The notes: generated from the sequence alone by a model not told the origin. A DNA stretch of 64,000 nucleotides from Balanoglossus misakiensis (GCA_040954595.2 CM082577.2:2170001-2234000), one strand, 5' to 3'. Positions 1 through 13,100 are shown, counted from the stretch's first letter. Program-made: numbers and translations.

Positions 1-3000
1 CTTTTCAGTAGATCGAAAAACTTCATTGTCCCCATGACTACCAAAAGGTAAATGGAGTTTGTGATTTATTGAACACAATATGAGACCAAAAAGAAAGAAA
101 CTCATTCATTGTGTTCAGCATTAATGGAAAGTTGATTCTATTTTAAGGATTTATTTTATTTTATTTCTTCCACTCAGGTGAATGTTCTAAAAAAAGAGGC
201 CATTTTGCATCATTCAGACAACAAGATGAACAAACTGCGGAGAATGGCAGTAAAATTAAAAGTTACCAGAGTTTGTTGACGGGAAAGAAGTTTTACTTCA
301 ACACAACAATAAAATTATGGGAAGACAAAGGTAATGGGAATTTAGAATAATTTGTCCTTTTTTGGCTTTGTCAGATTCTCTCTGGTCTTCACCCGACAGG
401 AAGAAGGTTACTTTTGTGAAACTGAAAAGTGGTTGTAATTTGTGTAGAGGATATTTGCGTGGTTCTGTTTGACTTTCTCATTTTTTTCCTGTTCAACAGG
501 TCCACTTCCACGAGGGCATTATGTGTTGCCATTTCAGTATCAGCTCCCTCCAGACCTTCCAGGTACAAACAAATTTACATATAACTGTAATTCATTGATC
601 TACAACAGTGTGGTTGACATTTATGCATTTTATTTATGGCACGCTTTAAGCAGAACAAAACTGTTGCATGCACCATGTGCAGAAGTTCACTTTTGATGCT
701 CAGCTCACCCATAAAATCATAAGTTATCTGTTGATGTCAGTGTTTGGAACTTTTCCTGTTGACTTTTATTATGGACTTGTGCGTGGTTGTCAAGAAAAAA
801 AAATTAAGGCCTTTTCTGTGATAGAAATAGATATGACCATACAACTGATGATTGCCACCAGCATATCAGTTTCAGCCGTACTTTAATTATCATTTTCACA
901 TTGGTGTCCGCTTTCCACATAATATATGTGTCACAGAAAAGTGATCATTTTCATGACCTTTGATCGGCCTAACATGATCCCACGGATATGAGTACACACA
1001 TTCTATATCAAACCTACCAAGTTCAGCAATCTGTCTCTCAAGCCTAACTATGAATAGCTCTGCAATCAGGACAAGTTGAATGTTGAAAGTCCTTGTATAA
1101 ACTAAAATATGTGGATGTGAGGTCATCCAATGTGCCTTCAGAGAACACGAATTTAGCAATTCCTCGCATATTTTGTAGACTATACACATTTTTTTTAATA
1201 CAGGAAACTACATGAACGAAGGGTTCGGTTTGAAGAACTGGAAGGGTGTGGTCAAATACAAAGTGAAAGCGTACGTCTCTGGAATGGACGAACCACTGAA
1301 GTACACCCAACCCCTTGTCATTCAGCCCTTCCGAAACATGAACATTTTGCCCACGCCTGTCAAGGAGACAGGAACAGTCAGAAAGTGCTTCTGTTATGCT
1401 GATGGCGAAGTCGAGGTTGAAATCCAGTAAGTAATTAGAGCCCAAAAAAAATCTAACCTTTTCGTCACTAGTTCAGTGAAATTTTCTACCTTTTCTTACA
1501 AAATGACACTGACTGTTGTTGTTTTGTCTGTAGGTTAAACAAGGCCATTTACATGGTTGGCGAGATAGCCATTTTGCAGATTTTGATAAAGAATTTCTCA
1601 AGTGAGAATATTCATTCCGTTCGAGTTCATGTAAGAAAATTGTTTTTGCCTTTGCTGTGTTTTTGTTTAATGTGTACGATAAGTCGGAATCCAACAGGCT
1701 GGGTGTTTTCAGTTCTTGAGATTTAAAAGAAAACTGTTATCAGAATATACACAGGGTCACTGTTATATATGGATTAGCATTCAAAAGAAAGAGAGAAAGA
1801 ACTCAGAAATATCACTTCCCCTTTTTGGATTAAAAACAAAATTTACACTTCCAGCTCAAAAGGACAACAAAACTCCTAGGCTGGAACACTTCCAGTAAAT
1901 CAGACGACGGAAACGATGATTTCAGCGGTGATGAAGCGGATTATACGGGCAAACCTGAACTTCGGGAATTTCCGGAAGCCTTTGTTACTGTATGGGGAAG
2001 AACACTGGAAGGTATACCTAAATCAGAAGACAAAACGTTTTGTAAAAGGTAAGGTGAATTTGTAAACTCATTTATTTACAACTGCATGTGTTTAAGGTAC
2101 ATCTATAGGGATTTGATTTGTTGTGGGGGGGGGGGGAATGATCAGTTTCAGGCTGATTTGTCAAAAGATTTCTTGAGTAGATGTACAAATATTATCTTTT
2201 TGGAGTCTTTATCGTTAATTCTAACCTTTTTTTGTACTTACAGGGAAGTGAAGATTCCCCTGTTTGAAACATTAGCATCTCAAAATATGATTGTACCTGT
2301 GTTGCCAACCACTCTCGGACGGCTTGTGAGGGTATGTTGTCAACTGCTTTAATTTTTAACCCTTTCACCCCAAGTTCCCTCTATAGATGTCCAACCTTAC
2401 CATAGAAAACAATAGGTTTGGACTGAACCATGGTGGTTAAAGGGCTAAAATCATTTCTTAACTCTGTGGGCACATATGTCAGTAACCTTATCTGTTGTAA
2501 AAAAATAAGCAGATTGAATAATGAATCTTTTTGGATGGGCATTTCTGATGCGAAGAATTGGCCTTGTATTATCTAAAGCCAAAACTGTCGCAAAAATTCA
2601 ACAGAATAAGGACATATACTACTTTGGTGTGTGTTTTTAAACTGTATGTCTTATTTACAGTGTGTGTACCATGTATCAGTGGATGTAAATGTACCCTATT
2701 CTCCGGACATCACCGCAGTCACTCAGATCACTGCTATACAAATGACCAGCAATGAACATGTGAGTATTAAACCACACAATCATTCAATCCTGTTGCGAAA
2801 ATTTCCCATTTTAAAGTACTGAACCAGTGCTGTAAAAATGATGCCATATATTTTTTTGTTTGCATCACTGGCAGTGGGCCAACTGGCAGCCACCGGACTG
2901 GGTCACTCGATGTCAGGTTCAACGACCAGCAAGTGAATGTTCGGTCAGGCAGTCCATTCTAGGTGAGACATCGTTGTTAAGAGTCCATTGATATCCCTAA

Positions 3001-3207
3001 CAGGAGTTTAGCTGTGTAGACAAAAAATTCTCCATTTGCAGATGGCCTTCCCATTTTCCAAAGCTCATCACTGAGAGGCCCAGATAGGAGAGGGCGCCCT
3101 CAATCAGAGACTTCTCACAAATCACCATTGAGGAATTTCATGGAGTTTTCACTTTGGTTTCAGATTCGGATGTATTTTCAATGATTCCCCCGTTTCACCC
3201 AACATGA
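1..3207 (+). CDS. Arrestin domain-containing (alpha-arrestin-like) protein, multi-exon, 5' end outside window
   Basis: Phase-compatible GT-AG exons at about 178-330, 500-562, 1205-1426, 1533-1630, 1855-2048, 2244-2331, 2661-2759, 2876-2962 and 3163-3207. They give arrestin-N-like 'LPRGHYVLPFQYQLPPDLPG...GVVKYKVKAYV' and arrestin-C-like 'QLNKAIYMVGEIAILQILIKNFSSENIHSVRVHLKR...CVYHVSVDVNVPYSPDI'. The last exon is inferred (..ILDSDVFSMIPPFHPT*); the alternative acceptor at about 3042 gives a stop at about 3184. Confidence 0.75.
2356..2448 (-). mobile_element. Copy of the about 95 bp TTAA-flanked MITE
   Basis: Its reverse complement matches 38225-38318 (ccatggttcagtccaaacc..ttgttttctatggtaaggttggac). 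Confidence 0.7.
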
Positions 3208-3900
3208 TTGCGGCTGACTGCATCTGTGTGAGGACCATACCACTGGGAAACAGATCACCGATCCGACTGTTTCTGGAGGTTCTCCCTTGATGAACTAGTG
3301 ATTTGGAAAGAGCTGTGAACTCAAGACAGCTGCTGCAGGGAATTTCATCACATTTCAACCCTTTCACCCATTTCTCCGTGTTGCAGTCAAACTTCACGAC
3401 AGAAAACAACGAACGTGGATTTCACCATAGTGGTGAAAGGGTCAAGAAGACCAGTGCAACACTTATCATGAACAATGCCAATATCATGATCCAAATTTGA
3501 TTGAAAGTCGACATTGTGTCATTTTGAATTTTGCAGGATGCCACATTAAACGCTGTCTAATTTGATACAGCATCAGTGTTGGTTGTTCTGACGTTAACTC
3601 TGAAGCATCCAAAGCTTATTATTATGCAAATCATAAACAATCAACTCATCACATATATCGCAATTGGCCAGTCACACTTGCATGTTTCTCAACAATGTAA
3701 CAAACTAACATTTACTCCAGAAGACCATCCATGTTTACTATTTCTTTGTTTTCTATTATATACTACATGTATTTCTTTCATGTGCCAAAGTACAGGTGAC
3801 CTATATAGAAGTTCATTTGCTAACTCTTGCCACCTGAATTTTCCTGTATGTTGCAGAAAAGTCATCCAGCTTGATATTTTTATACTGTTTCAGATTGTTA

Positions 3901-5645
3901 ATTAGGGTTTCGAGACCAGAGGGGTCTCGAAACCCTCTTGAAATCGTGTTGTTTTTTATTATTATTATTCTTCTTCCCACTATTAAAAACAGCCGCTATT
4001 CGAAGACCGTTGCACCCAATGACTTGAAATTTGGCTCATAGGTAAAACTCAAAGCAAGTAATTTTCTGATCATGTCACTATGGCAACAGGTCACATGACC
4101 TGGCAGCCATATTGGATTTAAACTTTTAAATTGGTCTCATTTGCATAAAAAATGACGAATCCAAATTCTGTTCAGAAACTTTGTGGACCATATGGCCAGG
4201 GTCCTATATGCCAAATTTCAATGTCTAAGTCCTTGCCGATTTTGAGGAGATGATTTTTAAAGCATTATTTTTCATATTTTCCATGACCATTGGACCCAGC
4301 CATTGGCCTATACTTTCCATGGTTAAGCTATGGCCCCCTAGGATTTTAGATTTATGCCCAAGATCTCAACATCCGCTGGGCTGATCAGCTTCAAATTTTG
4401 TGTGCAGCTAGCCTACCTTCCGACAATCAGTTCCAACTGAAAAAAATAATATGAAAAATCGACCGATTTTTTTATATTAATTTTTTTATGAAATCTATAC
4501 CTATACTTATTCCACTATACTTAAGCTATGGCCACATCTTTTTGTATAATTCTGGTCAGTACAATAGTCCTATCGGCTATTGTGCAGCATAGGACCAAAA
4601 TAAGAAGCCAAATTTAAGGCTCACCTGTGACACCTGCTTAACTCATTAACTATTTGCATACCTAATTCCAGGCAAACCAATAGGGCTACAGGTCTGGTTT
4701 TTGTCAGAAATGGATCAGTATGGGGTCAATTTTTTTCCCCAAATTTTGGGTGACCTTGGGTGACCTTTGACCTACTTTCGCATATCTCAGCATCCAGAGC
4801 AGGTACAGCTTAGGTGTTTGGGTGGATGGGACCAAAATAAGAAGCCAAATTTAAGGCTCACCTGTGACACCTGCTTAACTCATTAACTATGTGCATACCT
4901 AATTCCAGGCAAACCAATAGGGCTACAGGTCTGGTTTTTGTCGGACATGGACCAGTATGGGGTCAAATTTTCCCCCCAAATTTTGGGTGACCTTGGGTGA
5001 CCTTTGACCTACTTTCGCATACCTCAGCATCCAGAGCAGGTACAGCTTAGGTGTTTGGGTGGATGGGACCAAAATAAGAAGCCAAATTTAAGGCTCACCT
5101 GTGACACCTGCTTAACTCATTAACTATGTGCATACCTAATTCCAGGCAAACCAATAGGGCTACAGGTCTGGTTTTTGTCGGACATGGACCAGTATGGGGA
5201 CAAATTTTTTCCCCAAACTTTGGATGTTCTTGGGTGACCTTTGACCTACTTTCACATATCTCGGCATCCAGAGCAGGTACAGCTTAGGTGTTTGGACAGA
5301 CGGGACCAAAATAAGAAGCCAAATTCTAGAGTCACCTGTGACACCTGCCTAACTCATTAATTATGTGCATACCTAATTCCAGGCAAACCAGTAGGGCTAC
5401 AAGTCTGGTTTTTGTTGGACATGGACCAGTATAGCGTAACAATTTTCTGCTTATATTAAGCGTGACCTCACGTGACCTTTGACCTACTTTTCGACATCTC
5501 AGCATCCACAGCACATACACCCTTGGCATTTGGAGTGATAGAACAACTAATGCAGTAATTAAATATGCACAAATCTATCTCCGATAGCGAACCAATAGGG
5601 TTAGTAGTGTCTCGAAACCCGCTTATTGCTGTTCACAGCTATATT
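3901..5645 (+). mobile_element. Non-autonomous Helentron-associated element (HINE/DINE-1-like) with internal tandem array
   Basis: Left hairpin AGGGTTTCGAGACC (3904-3917) / GGTCTCGAAACCCT (3923-3936), followed by a (TTA)n/(TTC)n microsatellite at about 3955-3977. The subterminal IR GTCTCGAAACCC recurs at 5609-5620, then a short GCTGT-tc-ACAGC hairpin and a T-rich end. No long ORF and no obvious TSD. This matches the established HINE layout. Confidence 0.8.
4592..5530 (+). repeat. Tandem repeat, 237-bp period, about 4 copies, inside the HINE
   Basis: GGACCAAAATAAGAAGCCAAATT recurs at 4592, 4829, 5066 and 5303, an exact 237-bp spacing. Copies 1-3 are nearly identical and copy 4 is more diverged. 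Confidence 0.95.
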
Positions 5646-6298
5646 TTCACTTCCTTCTTTCTTTAGAGGCAGCATTGACCTGTTTTCAAGGCAATAAAAT
5701 ATAGCGGATATCTGAAATGTGCTGGTACTGTCTACTTCATTTTGTTTCATGTAACCTTCCTCAAGACTGCTGTTACTTGTGATTTAAACCTATTTTCTTG
5801 AAAAGGTTTTTGACAACAATGTACACAAGACACGTTTTATGCTGAGGCTTTTTACATACTTTTTGTTTTTATTAAGGAAACATTGAGAATCATACATTTA
5901 CATTAATACCAAACCTATTCCACGTACCAGTAATAGTCCATGCATTACCTAGCCCTATTTGCCAATAAAATTAATTTGTCCGAGTGTTCAATGTGATAAA
6001 ATCGGTCAAACAAGTCCTCCTCTCATTGAAAATTTTTGCATATTAAACGGCTTGCTGAGTCATATATGCTGTGATCTTGGTGTTTCAGTAAGATGTACCA
6101 GTTGTAGTATGCTTCGCTTTTTTTGAACTGAAAACGTCACAGACCGTGTATCATGTTTCATTAGCTGTGACCTGCATATTTGCATATTTCTCATTTAGCA
6201 ATATGCTAATCACATGGAAGAAGAAACAGTGAAAGGGCAGACCTGTTGGACCATTTTACATCTTGCACGGCCACAAAATTCATTGCCTCATTGTTTGA

Positions 6299-6452
6299 TT
6301 AAAGGTATACAGTCACCTCAGCAAATTTAGCCAAAGATACCACGATCAAGTTGAGACCTGGGCGAATCATAGATTTGGTCATCGGATGACTTGGACACGC
6401 CCTTTTCACCATATATAGCATATGTAAATTTAAAGTGCCTGTATTCCTTTAA
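6299..6452. mobile_element. Kolobok-like MITE (TTAA-AGG...CCT-TTAA)
   Basis: TTAA + AGGTATACAGTCAC at left and GTGCCTGTATTCCT + TTAA at right (12/14 TIR match). A related left half (ttaaaggtacatggtaaccttagcaaaatttagcc...aagttgaga) lies at about 44166-44225. Confidence 0.6.
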
Positions 6453-6640
6453 TATTCCCCCCTCCCATACTAACCCAAACTATCGTACAAAAATAACTGA
6501 CAGTTGATACTGCATAGCGATTAACTGTGTATGTCTCTCAAAAGACACCTTGGTGAAAATAACATAAAAGGCGCTGAATACATGGATTTCTTTTAGCATG
6601 GTGTTGAGAAATGCTGCAGTCTGAGGTATAGTTTGGTAGG

Positions 6641-6680
6641 TTTTTTTTTTTTTTTTTTTTTTTGGGGGGGGGGGGGGGGG
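6641..6680. repeat. Adjacent poly-T and poly-G homopolymers
   Basis: About 23 T followed by about 17 G, in the inferred PDAP1 3' UTR. Confidence 0.9.
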
Positions 6681-6743
6681 AGACATGATGGTTGGGGCCG
6701 TGGTTTTTCAGCTGATTTGAGTCTACACCTAATGTGGCAGTTG

Positions 6744-9222
6744 CTATTTCTTCTTCGCCTTTGCAGCTGCTGCAGCTTCTTTGGCTGTGAAAATTAAAAT
6801 AAAATAAATGTTAGACAAAAACTAGATGGAAAGAACTTGGGAGATATCTATACGTATAATTTGTTGACACAAAAATTAGTCATCTTTGCTCATGACTACA
6901 ATGTCTCAATTCTATGGAGACCAAAATGTTTGATGACTCATAACCTCCTAACCTTTCTTTTCCTCGTCCCGTTTCTTCTGAGCGTCTTCTCGTTGCTTTC
7001 GTATAAGCGCTAGCCTCGCTAAATCTGCACGGGCTTCATCAGTTTTGCCCTCCGCATGTAATTTTTGATATCGTAACCTGGCTTGCTGCTTTTCAATTTC
7101 TTCCCTGTACGAACAAAGACAGTCTAGGGTTAGGAATTCAACTGAGACAGGGTGCAAGACACTCAGCTCCTTGTCATCACAAGCACTTAACACCATGCCT
7201 CCTGACACAAGGTGGCGCTTATCACATTGACCAGGAAATTGAATTCTGCTGCTGAAGTTTCTCGACACATGCAAATTGCCACACCCTACACTTGCACACA
7301 CACAACACTGGATGATATTAACACTGGCAAGAATTTTTTTTTAAAATGTCTGGAGTTCAAACACACACACAGACACACAATGTACATGTACACAGTGCCT
7401 GCAGTGTAAAACTTGTCTGAATAGAGTAACCTTGTTTATTAGAGTACACACAACTACCATAACACCGAGTAAATGACATCATGCCATACCTTTCTCTTCT
7501 TGTTAACTGTGGTTTAACTGTTTCATCTGTTTCTAGTTGAGAAGCTTTTTTCATTTTGCTTGATACTCTATTAGGATTTTCAATTTCAATAAGACCCTCC
7601 ACTCCTTTTTTCCCATGAACCTGGAATGATCAGACAGCACCACAAAACATAATTAAATTATTAATGCTATGACCAATTGACAGCCATATTTTGTGTGATA
7701 AAATTGGTGTATTTGAGTATCTTAATTTGCTGTTTGCTTGAGGTTACTAATTTCACCCTTTCTTGTTTATATGAACAAGTTGAAAAAAGGATCAAATATG
7801 ATGTTGATCAACATTGTTTGGAATCACAGGATTTGAACTGGATTCAGAAAGAGAGAGAGTTCTTAGAACTTGAAGCTGAATGCTGTGGTTGTCATCACTG
7901 TGTCCAATATTCGGAGTTTCAACGGAATGGTACTCACTTCATCGTCAGAATCTGAATCCGAATCTGAACTGTCTTTCTGCTCCTGTCAGGAGAAAGGGAA
8001 TACTAGTTACAAAATGAACAATATGTAAAACAAACTGATTGTTATCCCTTTTAAGTCAAATTTTACCACTGATCTATAAAAGAGCAAAGATATAACACGA
8101 CAGAAAATCTATCAGCTCTAAAACAGCAAAGATATAACGCAATCAAAAATCTATCAAGACAAATTGATGATACAAAATCATTGTGTGTGATTGTTCCTTT
8201 CACTATCTGAATTCCCTTTCATTGTTTTCACTACTGTACATGAACCCATTTCACTGTTCATTTCATATCTGAATTTCTGTCATTGTTTATTTCATTATCT
8301 GACATCTGCTTCACTATCTGAACCCCATTTATCATTGCTCTTTTGAACCCTGCGCATTTCCTCACCCTCCACGCCTTGTCCTTTTCTGCTTCTTCTTTCA
8401 TTTGTGCCGCAATCTCTTCTGGGCTGGTGAAGTGACGGTGTTGGCCTTTATGACTCTTCTTCTTGGCTGCAATTCATTCAGAACTCAGTTAGCATACAAA
8501 GTTCTTTCTCTGCCTCTGCTACACATGTGGCTTTCATATAAATGAGTTTACCATATCACTGGACAAAGGACTAATTTTAGTTTCTGTGTCACCTTTATGA
8601 AATCCACTACGATCACAGTGATCATTCATAAAGGTCGTAAATTGGTAAACGATTCTCCATTATTACATAGATAGTATGTTAGTCACGGAATGTCATAGAA
8701 ATCACTATTGAGTTTAGACCACTTCACTTCCCTGATTCATTTACAATAACGGAAGTTCAGTTTATCGACTCGTAATAAGTAATGAACGTGAACCAAAGAA
8801 CATTTTGATAAGACATAACAAGATTTGATTTTCCACACCTTTCCAAAGGATTTCACACAATCATGTGAAATAGGGTCCGGTCTATTATTTATGACTGGGT
8901 TAGGGTTCGGGCCGCTTTGAAAATTTAAACAGCTGTTATATTACAGACCTATGAACGATCATACTTTTATGGAAACGGAATTTGTCTTCTAGATCGAAGT
9001 ATTTCTAACTATTATCATTTCATATTAGCTGTATCGCAATCTTCAAAGTGACCGCAATCTGTCACACCATACTTATTTCAAAACATCCTCAGGCCACCAC
9101 GACCCGGCGAATGTCATGTTCGGAATGGTGGTGATTGATTTCGATCATGTGCCAAAATCCACATTATATCTTCAAAAATGGACGAGATTAGAGAGAACGA
9201 AACATTACTTACATTTAGACAT
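6744..9222 (-). CDS. PDAP1: 28 kDa heat- and acid-stable phosphoprotein (PDGFA-associated protein 1)
   Basis: ATG at 9222 (exon 9213-9222, gtaagt donor). Further exons at about 8366-8466, 7939-7983, 7490-7621, 6953-7105 and 6744-6784 give [22 protein letters not shown]...[15 protein letters not shown]...[45 protein letters not shown]...KAKKK*, the PP28 family signature. Confidence 0.93.
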
Positions 9223-9339
9223 GTTGAAATTAGTTAAATGATGACAAAATCTGCTGTATTATATGCTAAAAGAGAAAGGGAAAACTCGAAGAGATGTTCT
9301 ACTTGCGGAAAGCGCGACCACTTTGAGGAATGACCTTCA

Positions 9340-9356
9340 ACGTCACTTCCTGGTAG
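9340..9356. promoter_or_regulatory. Putative PDAP1 promoter ETS/GABP-type site
   Basis: CACTTCCTGG about 120 bp upstream of the PDAP1 ATG in a CpG-richer patch; motif match only. Confidence 0.35.
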
Positions 9357-10150
9357 TACGAACTCCCTAAGTCGGTCACAAAACAGCCACCGATTTGCAC
9401 ATGATAGAAAACATCCTGTAAAAGTTTGACAAAGAAGTAAGTTTGCCTCAAGTAAACATGTCAGAAGTACTAGCATGCTGTGCAAATATGAATGAACTAT
9501 TACTTCAGTACTGACAAGGTTGAAACCTTTTGATGTTCTTCGTTATTCGTTATTACACAAGACCAAGACTCACTTTTTTCTATTTTATTTATAAAAGGTT
9601 ATTATTTACTGAAAATAATTATACATATCTTTAAAATTTAAATCTATATTTGTTTATCATCAAAAAATTATTTTTCAAAGCTCTTGTGTGATAGTTAAGT
9701 TTTGCTTAAAAGTTGGCAATGCCGTGAACCTATTAAGAACATGTGTCTGTAACATGAATGGTGGCTCTCTATGTTCGCAATTTTCTGGATTGGCTTTTTT
9801 GTGAGGTTTTAAGTATGAAAACTGATGTCGTGCTTAGTAGTAATGTAACAAAAAGTAACAACTCTTAACACTTTATATGACAAAAACTAGGCATTCACTC
9901 AAAATAGAAGTAAATAAATTAATTATCAATAAATCATTTAGAATTAAAACAATGTATAGTCTTGATAAATTTTCATATTGGAATATTTCAAAAATAATTA
10001 TCAAACAGTACACTGAACACAGAAAGTGAGAAATATATACTTTGTATCTTGTCAAGTGCTGATGAATTATAAAACAGACAATGACAGGTTCATAATCATC
10101 TAAATGAATGCCTGCATATAATATAAATCAAAATCTAAGGCAGGTTTCAT

Positions 10151-13100
10151 CTAGTATTCAAAGTCAGTTTTGTAAGTAGCGATCTGCAATTCTTGTCTCA
10201 TCCTGTCGGCCTCCAGCTGCCGGAAGTATGCTGCGTCTTCATCACGGTTCATGTTCTCCTGCAGGTCTTTGATTTCTTGCTCCATCTTGTGTCGCAGTTC
10301 TTTCTTCATTTGTTCCATGACCTGAAGATGAGAGAATTAGAGAGTGTTAGCTGCATGCTGCATTCAATTTGGGTCTGTGCATGCACCGCCTCTTGGGGGC
10401 ACAACCATTAATTATTGCCACTGTACTGGGGTATTGTAGCAGCTGAGATTACCAAAGAATTCCAAATTCATCATTAAAAAAAAAGGTCATCTTTGCATTT
10501 GAACTGACCTTGGCCTGAGCGCCGTCTCTCACTTGAAGTTCATACCTCTCCTTGGCAATGGTTTCTGCCAGCATGTTGAACTGATCTTTGTAGCTGGGAG
10601 AAAAATGGTTAAGAAGAACAAAAAAAAAGCATGGATCTGACTTCGCCAGAAACTGATAATAAATTCCTGCAGACTACACGAAGGAAGGGAAAAGAATTCA
10701 CACAGAGTAAGCTAAGAATCATTTTTGTATGTGCAAATGTTCTCAATGTAGAATGATTATCAGAATCAGCACATTTTCAGACTAAAACGTAAGTTCTTAT
10801 CAATGACCTCTTCCTTCAGTAATTGTAAACCCAAAAAGCTCACATCATGAATCCAGAATAAGATTCTTGCTTATGTAAGGATACTAGTTTTCCAGAGAGT
10901 CAATTTCATTCTGTTGTCGCTTAGCCAGCGCTTCCCGTTTCTCCCGTGCATATCTTCGTAGCTCGCTGATGCGACTCTTCTGGATGTCAAGACCATCTTC
11001 AAAGAGTCTCTTGAAAATCTGTTCTTCTTTGGTTCTTCTCTTCAACATCTTTGATCTCATTCTCTGCTGGAACTCCTCGTAGTATCTCCGAGCTCTGGCC
11101 GAAGCTTGTCTGTTCTCACGTATTCTGGTCTTCACTAACTGCTGCTGGTTGTCTCTGTCTCGGATATCTCTCTACAACATCAATAGGAAAAAAACATTTT
11201 TAAAAAACCTAATGAAACTCCTATGCTTCTACTGCTTAAACAATACACAAATAAAGACTCACACTATTCACTTCCCGACTTTATAAACCTGGGACGACAT
11301 TGTCCCAGAGCTAAGGAAGTTTGTCCCCCAAGTGCAAGTACCAGCAGTAAAAAGCTGCACATACATGTGCATGCTATTGGCCAAGCATGGTTAAACTGGA
11401 GCCTTCTGAAGCTGACCTTTGATTATCATAGGGGAAAAAAAGGATTGTGTCTTTGTGTACTGACCATGCGTTGGTTGTGTGCCAGCTCTTTCCTCATAAT
11501 GTTCATCAGAATCCTCTGCCTGCTTTCTGCCTCTTCAAGCTGTTTCTGTGTTTTTGTTTTTCTCTGGTGCTGTTCTTCAGCTTTGGCCAGCTGTTCAATC
11601 TGCCTCATCTGTTTACTCCACATGTCGTGGGCTGTTTGTGGCGACACATGCAGGAATGGGAACTCCTGCAGCATGGTGGGCAGTAAGTCGTCCTCATGTA
11701 CTGTCACTGTGGATGTCAAATGTACAACCAAATGTTATCATCTGACAACAAAATGTACGACCAAAACTTATCAACTGACAACAAAAAATGTACAACCAAA
11801 TATTATCATTTGACAAAAAAAATGTACAACCAGATCTGATCAACTGACAACAAAATGTACAACCAGATCTGATCAACTGACAACACAAAAAGTACAACCA
11901 AATATTATCAACTGACAACAAAGAATGTACAAACAGATATTATCATTTTAATTATTAAAACTTCAAACTTGACAAATATACCCTCTGGAGGTGTACTTAC
12001 ATGGATACTTTGGTTTGAGACCTTTCCTCGGACTGGCAAATTGATTCGACCGACGCTTCTTAGCCACTGGTGTGGTGGGGGCACTGGCCGGTTTGGTGCG
12101 GGTAGGGGGTTTCCTGGCTGTTGCTATTAAGGGAAGATATAAGAACAGGGTGAGTGCTTCAGCAATACCGAGAACTGAACTTGTAAAGAGCTACATGTAT
12201 TCATTTGAATAGCAAGCCGATAAAGTTTACATACCAGAATACTTGGATTGTGGCTGGTACTTTGTCGATGTCATGGGTTTTTTATTTACTGTCTTGTATA
12301 TCTGATCCTGGGGAAAAATAGATTTCCACTTTTAATTAAGGTAGTACATGTATTCACCTTGATAATCAAAGTCTTGAATTTATGATGTCAGTAAGAATTG
12401 GACATGCAATTTAGAGTCAGTGAGGGTAAAATTAAATGAGAACCTGTGAAAAGAAAAACTGCATAAAAACAATACTACTGGGGTTTCAACCCTTTCACTA
12501 TTATGATCCATTGCCATCTAAGGGAAAGTTACAATAACAAGATTTTAGTTTCCGTGTTGTTAAAAGCATCCAACGAAACAACCCCTTACTATTTTCTTGA
12601 CTTTGCGTTTCTTCTCAGTCAGAGTTTTCTTCTGGGCTGCTTTGACATCATTGAGGTGACTTTCATACAAGTGCTTCATGACCTTGAATGTTGAAAAAAA
12701 AACGCAAAGTCAAAATCTAGAATCAAGCCTGGTCAATATCAGAGAGCTTTTCACAAAAGGACATAGCTCATACTTATTTATTAGTATTTTATTTTGTTAT
12801 TCATTGTTGGTTTCCTGTGAATGTTTATGTAAATTGGAGAATAAATGAATTGGCACAGAAATTTCATTATCTGAGAGTTCATAATACTTTGTGTCTTAGG
12901 ACAGAAATAACCCAAGCCCACCTCTGTCTTCATCTGCCGTCGTTTATCCTCTTTGCTCAATTGTCTTCTGACGTTAGCCATGGGTCCCCGGGCGTCCGCA
13001 TCAAGGGCCGCTTCAAAATTGGTCTGCAGGGGGCGCCTTGGTGGTGATCGGCCGTACTTTGGCCTGATGTCCAGATCGTCTTCGCTTCCACTCTCCACCA

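Noticed and set aside
3090-3101. GAGGGCGCCCTC palindrome, with partial matches at about 23253, 31342 and 45339, resembling part of a CTCF core
   Set aside because: Matches are short, lack the full CTCF flank, and are too few to distinguish from chance or repeat debris.
4592-5530. Regularly spaced repeats as a possible CRISPR array
   Set aside because: The entire 237-bp unit repeats with no unique spacers, there are no cas genes, and the context is eukaryotic.
6480-6686. ORF MSPPPPPPKKKKKKK
   Set aside because: It is an artefact of the poly-G/poly-T homopolymers in the PDAP1 3' region.
8081-8340. Short degenerate tandem duplications in a PDAP1 intron
   Set aside because: They look like ordinary slippage-type repeats with no further structure.
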